Positions 8,787 to 17,584 of a stretch of DNA of 25,211 bases are shown here, piece by piece. The position numbers and the translations under genes are program-made. The DNA comes from a virus (lineage: Duplodnaviria > Caudoviricetes), in IMG/VR virus record IMGVR_UViG_3300038829_000067, positions 1 through 25,211 of that record. One strand, 5' to 3'. Below the pieces are notes generated by a model. It had not been told where the DNA came from and did no database searches. It worked only from the letters and a program-made list of their open reading frames with translations. The first letter of the stretch is position 1; every line of letters begins with the position of its first letter.

Positions 8787-10720
8787 TGGCGACTCGCTCA
8801 AAAACTGTGTGGTACGCGGCGCAACTCGTCGCCGATGTGGTGGATAATACCCTCACGTCTTTAGGGACGATCACCGTCTATACCGAGAACAGCAGCCGCG
8901 TGTTCAAGTCCTGCTTGGTCTGGACGCACTTTGAGGACATCGTGACGGCCACAGGTGGCACCATTACGCAACATGCCTGTTCCGTCAGTGTCAATGCGGC
9001 CACGGCGACCACCACGTCGGAGACGGACGATATCGCCAATACGGGTGAGAATATCAGCGGCGTGCTCGGCCCGTGGGATTTCACCTCGCACTTCACCACG
9101 AACTATCCCGCTGCCGATGCCTCCTCCGTCGCCATCAGTGTCCTCTGGGACCAGAGCACCGGCACCACGTTGAACATGCGAAACTGCTCCGCCTTGCTGT
9201 GTATCACCTACGAATATGACGACACGGCGGCGACCCAGTATCAGACCGCAATCATCCCGCTGGAAAGCACCACGGGAGTCCTCGCGACGACGGAGACGGA
9301 AATCGGGACCAACCAGATCCCGCAACTCACGGGCACGGGCGGCTATTTGGAGAATGTGGCAGGCGTGATCGTGCGGCAGCAGTTCTTCGTGATCGAGAGC
9401 AACGATGAATCGAATGCGAGCGTGACGGACTACACGCTGAACGTGCGCATCGACACGGGCACCACGCATACCTATGGCGTGACGGGAAAGGCCCTGGGGT
9501 CAGATTGTTTCAAGCGTCGCATCCATATCGAAGCCCCAGCCACGACGGCGGTCCATGCGTTCAAGATGTGGACGACGGGCCTCGCGTCGTGTGGCCCACA
9601 CGCGGTCTGCATGTACGTGAGCTATCAGTTCACCGTGAGTGGGACGACGAGCTTTTTGAATTCCGTGCAGATTCCGTTTCAGATGAATGCGTCTCCCATG
9701 CAAGGCACGGCAAGCACCACGGCGGATCGCATCTCATTGGATCTGTACGTCGAGGAGCCGACGACGATCACCTTGCGGCAGAGCGCGTACAAACTGACAT
9801 GGGTGTCTGGGAATGGCGCACAAGTCTCGGTCCTCACACGGGCAGGGGCACAAGCGTTTCGTACCTACACTGGCAATGCGTCTGTGGTCTGTGGGGGGGA
9901 GTGCCTGCAACAGCGCGTGGATTCCGGGTCGGCACAGGGCGCAGGCATGACGCTGGCGCGTGGCAAGAACACCATCACCATTGACCTCTATCGGACTGAT
10001 ACCTCGGACTTAGGATGGATCCCCACCGGGATCGTGTACCTCAATTATACGAGTGGCGTCTCCTCGCAGGGGATTGGGGCGCATAAGCAAACACGGGTGC
10101 ACCTGCTCGCGCCATGGGACGGGCTGGTTGTCGTACAACGGACGGTGAGTGCACCGGCCCTCTCCATCCCAGAGGCGAATGTCTGGATTGATGCGATAGG
10201 TAGCATACTATTTCTATGGGTTGCCGGGGGCCCCGATAGTTTCACTGTGCTGGCACAGGTGAACTCTGGCGAAGCCCAGGGCGACGGGTGGCGAACCCTG
10301 GATACCGCACAGCTAGTCAAAGACGCAGAAATTGGGGTCTACTTTTATCATCTAAACGCGTCGGCGCACTTTTTGCGATACACGGGCGATTCTGATGCGA
10401 CGCGCTTGCCTATCGAAGTCGCACGAGAATATCAAATATCTGGAACGGGTATTAAAGCGATTGGGGCGGTGATCTACCTCACCTACCACGCGATCACCTT
10501 CACGGTGGGGGGCGATATCACGGGCAGCGCAGGCGGGACCGTCAACATTGAGGCGCATCGCAGCGATACGGACGAAAAGATCGGGAGTACGTCGCGGGTG
10601 GGGAACGGGGCCTACACGATCCCCTGGTATGACAATACGATTGCCTGCTACACGCAGGCGCGTGAAGATGGCACGCACATCGGACGGTCCAACGATCTCA
10701 CGCCTACGGGGAGTGCCTAA
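8786..10720 (+). CDS. Multi-domain beta-sandwich virion protein (644 aa), putative spike/adhesin
   Basis: Thr/Gly/Ser-rich; four ~140-aa units ending in a hydrophobic strand plus Tyr (aa 142, 280, 421, 567) and a C-terminal ~75-aa Ig/transthyretin-like domain. Confidence 0.7.
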   Translation: MATRSKTVWYAAQLVADVVDNTLTSLGTITVYTENSSRVFKSCLVWTHFEDIVTATGGTITQHACSVSVNAATATTTSETDDIANTGENISGVLGPWDFTSHFTTNYPAADASSVAISVLWDQSTGTTLNMRNCSALLCITYEYDDTAATQYQTAIIPLESTTGVLATTETEIGTNQIPQLTGTGGYLENVAGVIVRQQFFVIESNDESNASVTDYTLNVRIDTGTTHTYGVTGKALGSDCFKRRIHIEAPATTAVHAFKMWTTGLASCGPHAVCMYVSYQFTVSGTTSFLNSVQIPFQMNASPMQGTASTTADRISLDLYVEEPTTITLRQSAYKLTWVSGNGAQVSVLTRAGAQAFRTYTGNASVVCGGECLQQRVDSGSAQGAGMTLARGKNTITIDLYRTDTSDLGWIPTGIVYLNYTSGVSSQGIGAHKQTRVHLLAPWDGLVVVQRTVSAPALSIPEANVWIDAIGSILFLWVAGGPDSFTVLAQVNSGEAQGDGWRTLDTAQLVKDAEIGVYFYHLNASAHFLRYTGDSDATRLPIEVAREYQISGTGIKAIGAVIYLTYHAITFTVGGDITGSAGGTVNIEAHRSDTDEKIGSTSRVGNGAYTIPWYDNTIACYTQAREDGTHIGRSNDLTPTGSA

Positions 10721-11646
10721 TGGCCGATGGCGATATAGCCCTTAGAGATAACGGGACACCAGACGGAGATATTAAGCTCTCCGCGAGCGGGCAGACGATT
10801 GCTGTGGGGCTGATTACTGAGATCTCCACGGTTCAAGCGCTTACCAAAGTCAAGATTCGCACAGTCGGTCTGATTACCGAGACCAGCATCGTTCAGGCGA
10901 TCACCGTTCGCAAGATCCTTGCGGTCGGGCTCATCATCGAAGTCAGTACCGTGCAGGTGGTCGCTTGGGCGCCGAAGCATCGGCTCGTCAATCAAATCCT
11001 TGAAGTCAGCACGGTCCAGCCACTCACAAAACAAAAAATCAAGGCCGTCGCGCAGATCACGGAAATCAGTGTCGTTCAGAGTCTGACCGTGCTCAAGCAG
11101 AAGTCGCTCACGCAGATCACGGAAATTGAACTCATCCAGGCACTGACCGCACGCAAGATTAAAGCCCTTAGCCAAGTCACCGAACTAAGCGTGGTGCAGG
11201 CGCTCACGGCGATCAAGCGCGTGGCCATCGCGCAGATCGTAGAAACGTCGCTTGTGCAGGCCCTCACGGTACGGAAAATTCGAGCGGTCGGGCCCATCAC
11301 GGAAATCAGCGTCGTCCATCAGATTTCGCAAGGTGCGACGATCGTACCCGTCGGGCAAGTGATCGAGACCAGCCTGGTGCAGGCGTTGACGATCAAAAAG
11401 ATCAAGACACTGGGCGTGGTGCTTGAAACCAGTCTGGTCCACGCCCTGAATCGAACGAAGATCAAAACGGTCGATCAAGTCTTAGAACTCAGTCTTGTGC
11501 ATGGGCTGGCCTGGGCACCGAAACATCGGCTGGTCAATCAAATTACGGAAACCGAGGTTGTTCACGCCATAACAAGAGGCGGAGTTGTTGTGGGGGTGGC
11601 GAGTCGGCATCAAGTTAGTATCGCGCTGGGGATCAGGATCGGCTAA
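10720..11646 (+). CDS. Tandem-repeat fibre protein (308 aa), putative head-spike shaft
   Basis: 13 repeats of 20-21 aa; C-terminal IALGIRIG; directly upstream of the spike base gene. Confidence 0.75.
   Translation: MADGDIALRDNGTPDGDIKLSASGQTIAVGLITEISTVQALTKVKIRTVGLITETSIVQAITVRKILAVGLIIEVSTVQVVAWAPKHRLVNQILEVSTVQPLTKQKIKAVAQITEISVVQSLTVLKQKSLTQITEIELIQALTARKIKALSQVTELSVVQALTAIKRVAIAQIVETSLVQALTVRKIRAVGPITEISVVHQISQGATIVPVGQVIETSLVQALTIKKIKTLGVVLETSLVHALNRTKIKTVDQVLELSLVHGLAWAPKHRLVNQITETEVVHAITRGGVVVGVASRHQVSIALGIRIG
10804..11574 (+). repeat. 13 x ~60-bp degenerate coding tandem repeat (consensus ~VGQITEISxVQALTxxKIKx)
   Basis: Units start at aa 29, 49, 69, 90, 110, 130, 150, 170, 190, 211, 231, 251, 272; AWAPKHRLVNQI occurs twice (10963-10998, 11509-11544). 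Confidence 0.9.
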
Positions 11647-11907
11647 ATGTCATCAAAGATGTACGATAAGGACTATACGGCGGCGTCAGGATCAGCCGAA
11701 GCCGTCACGCCAAACGATGGCACCGATCTTCCGCGTGGGTGTCGAGCGCTCTATGTGGGAGGCGCGGGGACGATTGTGGTCATGCTTGATAAAGATAGCG
11801 CGTCGGTCACGTTGGTTGGAGTCGTCGCAGGATCAGTCCTTCCGATTCGGGCCAAGCGGGTCTTTGCAACGGGCACGACGGCCACCAGTCTTGTGGCCTT
11901 GTATTAA
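11647..11907 (+). CDS. Head spike base protein, RcGTA Rcc01079-like
   Basis: 86 aa; AVTPNDGTDLP..CRALYVGGAG..V......VTLVGVVAGSVLPIRAKRVFATGTTATSLVALY matches the family pattern closely. Confidence 0.85.
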   Translation: MSSKMYDKDYTAASGSAEAVTPNDGTDLPRGCRALYVGGAGTIVVMLDKDSASVTLVGVVAGSVLPIRAKRVFATGTTATSLVALY

Positions 11908-11919
11908 CGGAGTCTGATT

Positions 11920-12789
11920 ATGCCACCAGGCACCACCGCAAATTTCACGATCACACGCGATAAGCTGATCGAGATGGCGCACAAGATGATCGGCGTCCTT
12001 GAGCCAGGGCAAGGCCTCGATAGCGAGCAGCTCCAGGACGGCATTCAAGTGCTCGGCATGATCGTGCGAGAGACGGACGTGTCGGGCAAGTGGCTCTGGA
12101 CGATTGATGCCTCCTCGCCGCTCACGCTCGCCGCCGCGACCCATCGCTATACGTCCACGAACGGACTGCCCTCGACCATCGCCGAACTAGTCACCGTCAA
12201 ATATCGTAATGCGTTGGGGCAGGATGTGCCGGTGAAGATTCTCAAGGCCGAGCAGTATGAAGCGATTGCAGAAAAGATGCGGGTCGGCATTCCTGAATGT
12301 GCGTACCTCACGGAACATCGAGACCTGGCGAGCCGTGTGTTGTTTCTCTATCCCATGCTGGCGACCGTCGCGACGGGTTCGGTGGTCACGGGGACCGATG
12401 CGCTCGTCTACAAGTGCATCTATCCCCATGTGGCCGCTGCCGTCACACAGCCGATTACCGGCGCGAACTATCCGATGTCCTGGGCACTGGGCGGCAGTGG
12501 TCCATCGGCCTGGGCCTCTGGGACCAGCTATACCTGTACCGAGCAGATGCGTCTCACGTTCCGGCGTCCCTTGTTCGACTTCGATACCGCAGCCGATACG
12601 CCAGACTTCCCGCTCGAATGGCCGCGCACCATCGTCTACAAGCTGGCGTTCGATTTAGGCGATCTCTACGGGATTCCACTAGAGGAGCGTCGGCACATGA
12701 TTCAGAAGGCGAAGGGAGCTTTTGACGATTTGTTCGTGAACGTGAAGGCGAAGAGTAAGGATATCCATAACAAGACCTTATTCTATTGA
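11920..12789 (+). CDS. Head-to-tail adaptor (P22 gp4 / tail tubular A-like) with inserted CBM-like domain
   Basis: TRDKLIEMAHKMIGVLEPGQ..DGIQVL N-terminus and PDFPLEWPRTIVYKLAFDLGDLYG C-terminus typical of podovirus adaptors; position before gp10-like gene. Confidence 0.75.
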   Translation: MPPGTTANFTITRDKLIEMAHKMIGVLEPGQGLDSEQLQDGIQVLGMIVRETDVSGKWLWTIDASSPLTLAAATHRYTSTNGLPSTIAELVTVKYRNALGQDVPVKILKAEQYEAIAEKMRVGIPECAYLTEHRDLASRVLFLYPMLATVATGSVVTGTDALVYKCIYPHVAAAVTQPITGANYPMSWALGGSGPSAWASGTSYTCTEQMRLTFRRPLFDFDTAADTPDFPLEWPRTIVYKLAFDLGDLYGIPLEERRHMIQKAKGAFDDLFVNVKAKSKDIHNKTLFY

Positions 12790-12823
12790 ATTATGCGTGG
12801 AGATACATTTGGGAGCGAAATAG

Positions 12824-14251
12824 ATGGCTGACTGGCACAACATTCCGCTGATCCAGCCTCCGAACGAGAGCGTGGAAGACATGGAAGTCGATCAATCAGC
12901 CGCGACGATTGTGGATGCCGTGCCGGTGGTGGTGGAAGGCACCTTGCATCTGATGAAGCGCCCTGGCCTCACGGACTATATCGACTTGAGCACGGCGCTC
13001 CCGCTCGACGGTCTGCACTGGGCTGACCGGCAGCATGTCGCGCTGTCAGTGAGTCAAGGGCGCGTGTGGAAGATCACCGATGCGACCGGCACAAAGACGG
13101 AACTGACCGGCTCAACAGCGCTCCTCCAAGGGGCACCCGTCACGTTTGCGGGGGACGCCACACGCATGGTCATGGCGAACGGCGGCAACATGGTCTACAC
13201 CGATTATTCCACGCTGACCACGATGGCCGATGTGGATGCGCCGAATACGGTGTCGCATGTGGCGCAGGTCGATCAATATCTCTTAGCGAATGATGTGGGC
13301 ACGGGGACGGTGCAGTTCTCGGCCATTAACGATCTCACGAACTGGACGGCGTTGGACTTCTTCTCGGCTGAATCAAATCCTGACGAGTGTGTCGCGATGA
13401 AAGTGGCGTTTCGAGAAATCATTGCGTTAGGCCGCGAATCGGTGGAATTCTGGGTGAATGATGGCGTCACGCCGTTTTCGAGGATTCCAGGATCGGCGCA
13501 GCCGTTCGGCACCTCTGCGCCCTACAGCTTGGCGCTTGCGGGCAAGCTCTGGATGTGGCTGGACCATAACCGGCGCTTTGCCACAATGAACGGGCGAGAA
13601 GTGGTGAACGTCTCGACCCCCTACGATCGTGTGATTCAGCGGTATGTGTCGGTCGATGATGCGGTGGGGTATTCGCTCTCGGTCGATGGCTTGCCGCTCT
13701 ACATTCTGAACTTCCCGACCGCCCGTGAGACCTTGGCGTATAACTACGAAACGCAGCAATGGCATAAGTGGGGCTACTGGGATAGCGCGCGCGGGATTTA
13801 TGAGCGGTATCGTGGGCTCTCCTACTGTTATGCCCGTGCCTGGAACAAGCATCTCGTCGGCGATTACGCCAACGGGAAAATCTACACGGCGAGTCGCACG
13901 GTGTTTACCGATAGCGGCAATCCCATTCGGAGCTTGCTCAGGACCGGCCACATTTCGCACGGGGTGGCGTTTACCAAACGCTCTGACATTGTGCGACTTC
14001 GAGCCAAGCGCGGGGCAGGCAATGCCGCCGTGGCTGATCCGCAAGTGATGCTGCGGCGGCGGATCAATAACAAAGCGACCTGGACCAATGAACGGTGGAA
14101 GAGCCTCGGACAAGTGGGACAGCATGAGCCGTTCATCGACTGGCGGAGGAACGGGATCTATAAAACGTGTCAATATGAATTTTGTCACACAGATGATTCA
14201 GATTTCGTCATCAGTGGGGCATCAGAACTGATCGAACCATTGGGGCGGTAA
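12824..14251 (+). CDS. Tail hub / packaged DNA stabilisation protein (P22 gp10-like)
   Basis: 475 aa beta-propeller-like; KRPGL, DFFSAESNPD, GRESVEFW, FPTARETLAYN, VGDYANGKIY, DPQVMLR, WRRNG motifs. Confidence 0.88.
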   Translation: MADWHNIPLIQPPNESVEDMEVDQSAATIVDAVPVVVEGTLHLMKRPGLTDYIDLSTALPLDGLHWADRQHVALSVSQGRVWKITDATGTKTELTGSTALLQGAPVTFAGDATRMVMANGGNMVYTDYSTLTTMADVDAPNTVSHVAQVDQYLLANDVGTGTVQFSAINDLTNWTALDFFSAESNPDECVAMKVAFREIIALGRESVEFWVNDGVTPFSRIPGSAQPFGTSAPYSLALAGKLWMWLDHNRRFATMNGREVVNVSTPYDRVIQRYVSVDDAVGYSLSVDGLPLYILNFPTARETLAYNYETQQWHKWGYWDSARGIYERYRGLSYCYARAWNKHLVGDYANGKIYTASRTVFTDSGNPIRSLLRTGHISHGVAFTKRSDIVRLRAKRGAGNAAVADPQVMLRRRINNKATWTNERWKSLGQVGQHEPFIDWRRNGIYKTCQYEFCHTDDSDFVISGASELIEPLGR

Positions 14252-14602
14252 ATGTCGAAAGCCGTACGACAACCTCCCGCAGTCAGTGAGCAAAAGGATT
14301 TTCGTGCGCTGGAATCGTTCCATCAGTCGATTGAGGCGCAGTTGAAAATGGTGGGCTCGACCACGGTGGATCTGGCATCGCTGGCCGCAGGGGCCACAGA
14401 TACGGTGACAGTGACAGTCCAGGGGGCCAGGCCGAATGTGGGACAGACCGTGCAAGTGGGGGTCTCGACCACATTGAATACCGGCTTACTGCTGTGGGGG
14501 ATTGTGACGGCCAATGACACGGTGACGGTTTATCGGTACAATCGCACCGGGAGTGCGATTGATTCAGGAAGCGAGGTGTACTCTGTCAGAGTCATGCCAT
14601 AG
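14252..14602 (+). CDS. Putative tail needle/tip protein (gp26 position) with C-terminal knob domain
   Basis: Short helix then DLASLAAGA..TVTVTVQGA...VTANDTVTV knob pattern; synteny after gp10-like gene. Confidence 0.6.
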   Translation: MSKAVRQPPAVSEQKDFRALESFHQSIEAQLKMVGSTTVDLASLAAGATDTVTVTVQGARPNVGQTVQVGVSTTLNTGLLLWGIVTANDTVTVYRYNRTGSAIDSGSEVYSVRVMP

Positions 14603-14630
14603 CCTCACGCAAGAAGTAGACACGGCCACG

Positions 14631-15122
14631 GTGAGTCGTGTGCCGATTGCGCCGATGGTGCGAGACGATGAGGCGCGCGCGGCGATTGTTGGCCTGCAAT
14701 TGATGCTACGGAACATGATACAGGATGGCCTTGCCTCTGAACCGACCTGTCCGCTGGCCCATTGTTTTGCGCCTGGAGCCTATGCACGGTCGATCCTGAT
14801 TCCAAAGGGGACGTTACTGGTAGGGAAAATTCATCGGCATGCCCACTTGAATATGTTGATGCACGGGACGGTGTCACTGGCGACGGAAGAAGGGCCTGCG
14901 GTCTTGCAGTCTCCGAAAGTGATGGTCTCCAAGGCGGGTACGAAACGGGTCGTGTTTGCCCATACGGATGTGATTTGGACCACCGTGCATCTGACGGAGC
15001 AGACCGACTTGGCACGCATTGAGGACGAGATTATCGTGAAGACCTATGAGGATTTTGACGCCATACAGGATGCGGACGTGTTGCAATTACTGCCGCATCT
15101 CAGGCGTGAGGAGGGGTTATGA
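14631..15122 (+). CDS. Cupin-fold protein
   Basis: HCFAPGAYARSILIPKGTLLVGKIHRHAHLN...GTKRV..AHTDVIWTTVH cupin-like His motifs. Start taken at GTG 14631 (ATG 14655 is an alternative) rather than 14553, which overlaps the upstream gene. Confidence 0.75.
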   Translation: MSRVPIAPMVRDDEARAAIVGLQLMLRNMIQDGLASEPTCPLAHCFAPGAYARSILIPKGTLLVGKIHRHAHLNMLMHGTVSLATEEGPAVLQSPKVMVSKAGTKRVVFAHTDVIWTTVHLTEQTDLARIEDEIIVKTYEDFDAIQDADVLQLLPHLRREEGL

Positions 15123-15862
15123 CATGGATGGCTGCTGCAATTGGTGGGAGTGCGGCATTGGGTATGGGGGGATCCATCTTCAGTGGCATCATGGGGGCGT
15201 CTGGGGCGAAAAAGTCAGCGGAGGCCCAGCGATACTCTGCCGATCTCGCGAGGAAAACCGCCCTAGAGTTGGATGAGAAGGCACGGGCCGATATTCAGCC
15301 ATTCCGTGATCTGGGCGTATCGGCTGGTAAAACGCTCGGCTCATTACTATCTGGCAATCGTGGCCTCGACGAGGTGCTCAAGGAAAGCTCGCTGTTTAAG
15401 TTTCAGTCTGAACTCGGCACACGCGGGATCAATCGTGAATTGTCAGCGCGTGGGCTCTATGGGTCTGGCGCGGGGCTCGAATCGCTCTCCCGATTCAATG
15501 CCCAACTGGTCGGCGAAGAAGGGTCACGGCTGTTTGACCGCCTCTTCAACGTCACCGGCTTAGGGGCGAATGCCGCTGCGCATCAAGCCACGAATACGTC
15601 GGCAACGGGACGTGCGGTGGCGCAGAATGAAATCGCGGCAGGGCAAGGGATCGGGCAGGCCTATCTGAATCAAGGGGCCGCGCTGGGCAGTATCGGGACG
15701 GGCGTGGCGAATGCAGCTCAGGGCGGGCTCGGTGATTATCTCGGCTACAAGCTCAATGCGCCGCTGATTCAAAATCTGATGACCTCACGCCCACAGACAA
15801 TTCGTGATCCAGTCTTTGACAGTACCGATACCGGCGGATTTTCGTTGACGAGCAGAGGATAG
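15119..15862 (+). CDS. DNA ejection/pilot protein (P22 gp7-like)
   Basis: Gly/Ala-rich hydrophobic N-terminus, QPFRDLG, SARGLYGSGAGLESL..F motif; GGAGG SD and ATGA overlap. Confidence 0.8.
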   Translation: MTWMAAAIGGSAALGMGGSIFSGIMGASGAKKSAEAQRYSADLARKTALELDEKARADIQPFRDLGVSAGKTLGSLLSGNRGLDEVLKESSLFKFQSELGTRGINRELSARGLYGSGAGLESLSRFNAQLVGEEGSRLFDRLFNVTGLGANAAAHQATNTSATGRAVAQNEIAAGQGIGQAYLNQGAALGSIGTGVANAAQGGLGDYLGYKLNAPLIQNLMTSRPQTIRDPVFDSTDTGGFSLTSRG

Positions 15863-15865
15863 GGC

Positions 15866-17584
15866 ATGGCGAATAAAAGCCTGGGAGACATGTTCAGCGA
15901 TACAGGGCGCTTGGCGCTCGGCATTCGCCATCTCGATGTGCAAGAGGAACAGAACCGGCTCTATCGAGAGCGAAGCCTTATCAATGAGAAGAACGATAAA
16001 CTGAACGTGCTCATGAAACTGGCCGACGATCCCGCGATTCGGGCGAATCCTGACCAGCTCGATGGGGTGTTGACTGTGGCGGGACAACTGGCGGGTGTGC
16101 CATCCATCTCTCGTGAGAGCCTGCGGGTGTCACGCACAGGCATTCAAGACATGCTCGCAGGGCTGGCTTCAAACGATCTGGCGAAGTCGCACGAAGGGCT
16201 CGTCAAAGCCTTTGTGACCTTTAAGCCCGATGACGCCGATCGTGTGATTAAAGCCGTCGAGAACGCGCCGCTCATGCAGGAACGGCTCTTGTCAGTGCAG
16301 GCGATGCGGCAATTGAATGAGCAGAAGTTTGCGCGGGTGCATGAATTGACGGCACAGATCGAAGCCGGGGAACGGCCCTTGACGCAAGCCGTCACGGATT
16401 TTAGCACGATTCTGCACGGCACGGACACGCCTGATTTTCGCTCTGTGGTGAAGGCGGCGAAGGTGTTGCAACGGCCCGATGGCACCTCGCGGGCCGATAT
16501 TAGCGCCCTGGCCCAATCGCCACGCACGAAACTGTTTCAGAGCCAGGCCTTTCAGCAAGATGCGCAGGTGGCGTCTCAAGCCGCTGAACGACTGAATACC
16601 ATTGCAGGTGAGACCGAAGCCGCGCTGGACGCTCATCGTAACGGGGCTGCGCTTCCGAAAGAGACGACGAAACAAGACTTGAACGCCAGGCTGAACGTGG
16701 CGGTGGCGCTCGGCGATGCCTACACCACGCTGGGCCAATGGGCCAACGATCCGTTCAATGGGGAGAAGCTCAAGGCGGCGAAGTCCGCAGAGAAAACGAT
16801 CGTGGCGAAGCGGGCCGAGATTGAAGAACTCAAGAAAACCGAAGCGCGGACGCGCACGGAGATTGCCCAGGATTCGCTGACATTTCGGCAGTCGGAGGCG
16901 GGACAGAAGCATGTACGGCAGCAAGCGGTGGATAAGGCGCAAAACGAATTTGCGCAACTGCCAGCGGGCCAGCAAACACCCCAGCAGGCCGGGGCGATTG
17001 CCGCGAAGTATAGTACGGATAGTGTGAGCGTTGGGGCATCGGACGTGTTGCTCGGTATCAAGAATCCGAACAAGGCCCTGGTAGAAATTTATCAAAACTC
17101 ACCAGGCGAACGGAAGGAGATCGCGGAAAAGCGTTCACAAATAGAATTGCTCACCGATGTTGAAGCGACCTTTAAGCCTGGCTACGTCGGCCCACTGGAT
17201 GCCAAGTTTGGCAGGCTCAAATCGTACACAGGGCTGATTAGCGACGAAGAGGCGGAGTTTCGGTCTAGTGCGAAATTGCTCAGGACAGAACTACGCAAGT
17301 TTTTCTTTGGGCTCGCGCAATCGGGCATTGAAATTAAAGGCTCGCTTGAAGCGATCCCAGACCCTGATACGATGTCTGACAATCAATTTCAGGCGTCATT
17401 GCGTGTAACGAAGAAGAACGTACAAGAAGGACTTAAGCAGCAGCTTGCGGTAATGGAACAGTCTGGCGTGAAATCTCCGAAGCCCAAGCCACTTGACGAA
17501 CGGTATGGAGAATTAAAGAAAACGATGAAAGGGGCGACGGAACGGGATATTTTTAATGCGCTGCGTGACGAGGGGTATCGATAA
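15866..17584 (+). CDS. Putative internal virion/ejection protein (gp20 position)
   Basis: 572 aa, helical, A/Q/K-rich; between gp7-like and gp16-like genes. Confidence 0.65.
   Translation: MANKSLGDMFSDTGRLALGIRHLDVQEEQNRLYRERSLINEKNDKLNVLMKLADDPAIRANPDQLDGVLTVAGQLAGVPSISRESLRVSRTGIQDMLAGLASNDLAKSHEGLVKAFVTFKPDDADRVIKAVENAPLMQERLLSVQAMRQLNEQKFARVHELTAQIEAGERPLTQAVTDFSTILHGTDTPDFRSVVKAAKVLQRPDGTSRADISALAQSPRTKLFQSQAFQQDAQVASQAAERLNTIAGETEAALDAHRNGAALPKETTKQDLNARLNVAVALGDAYTTLGQWANDPFNGEKLKAAKSAEKTIVAKRAEIEELKKTEARTRTEIAQDSLTFRQSEAGQKHVRQQAVDKAQNEFAQLPAGQQTPQQAGAIAAKYSTDSVSVGASDVLLGIKNPNKALVEIYQNSPGERKEIAEKRSQIELLTDVEATFKPGYVGPLDAKFGRLKSYTGLISDEEAEFRSSAKLLRTELRKFFFGLAQSGIEIKGSLEAIPDPDTMSDNQFQASLRVTKKNVQEGLKQQLAVMEQSGVKSPKPKPLDERYGELKKTMKGATERDIFNALRDEGYR

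Noticed and set aside
10804-11574. CRISPR-like or non-coding repeat array
   Set aside because: Repeats are degenerate at the DNA level, conserved at the protein level, and have no spacers.
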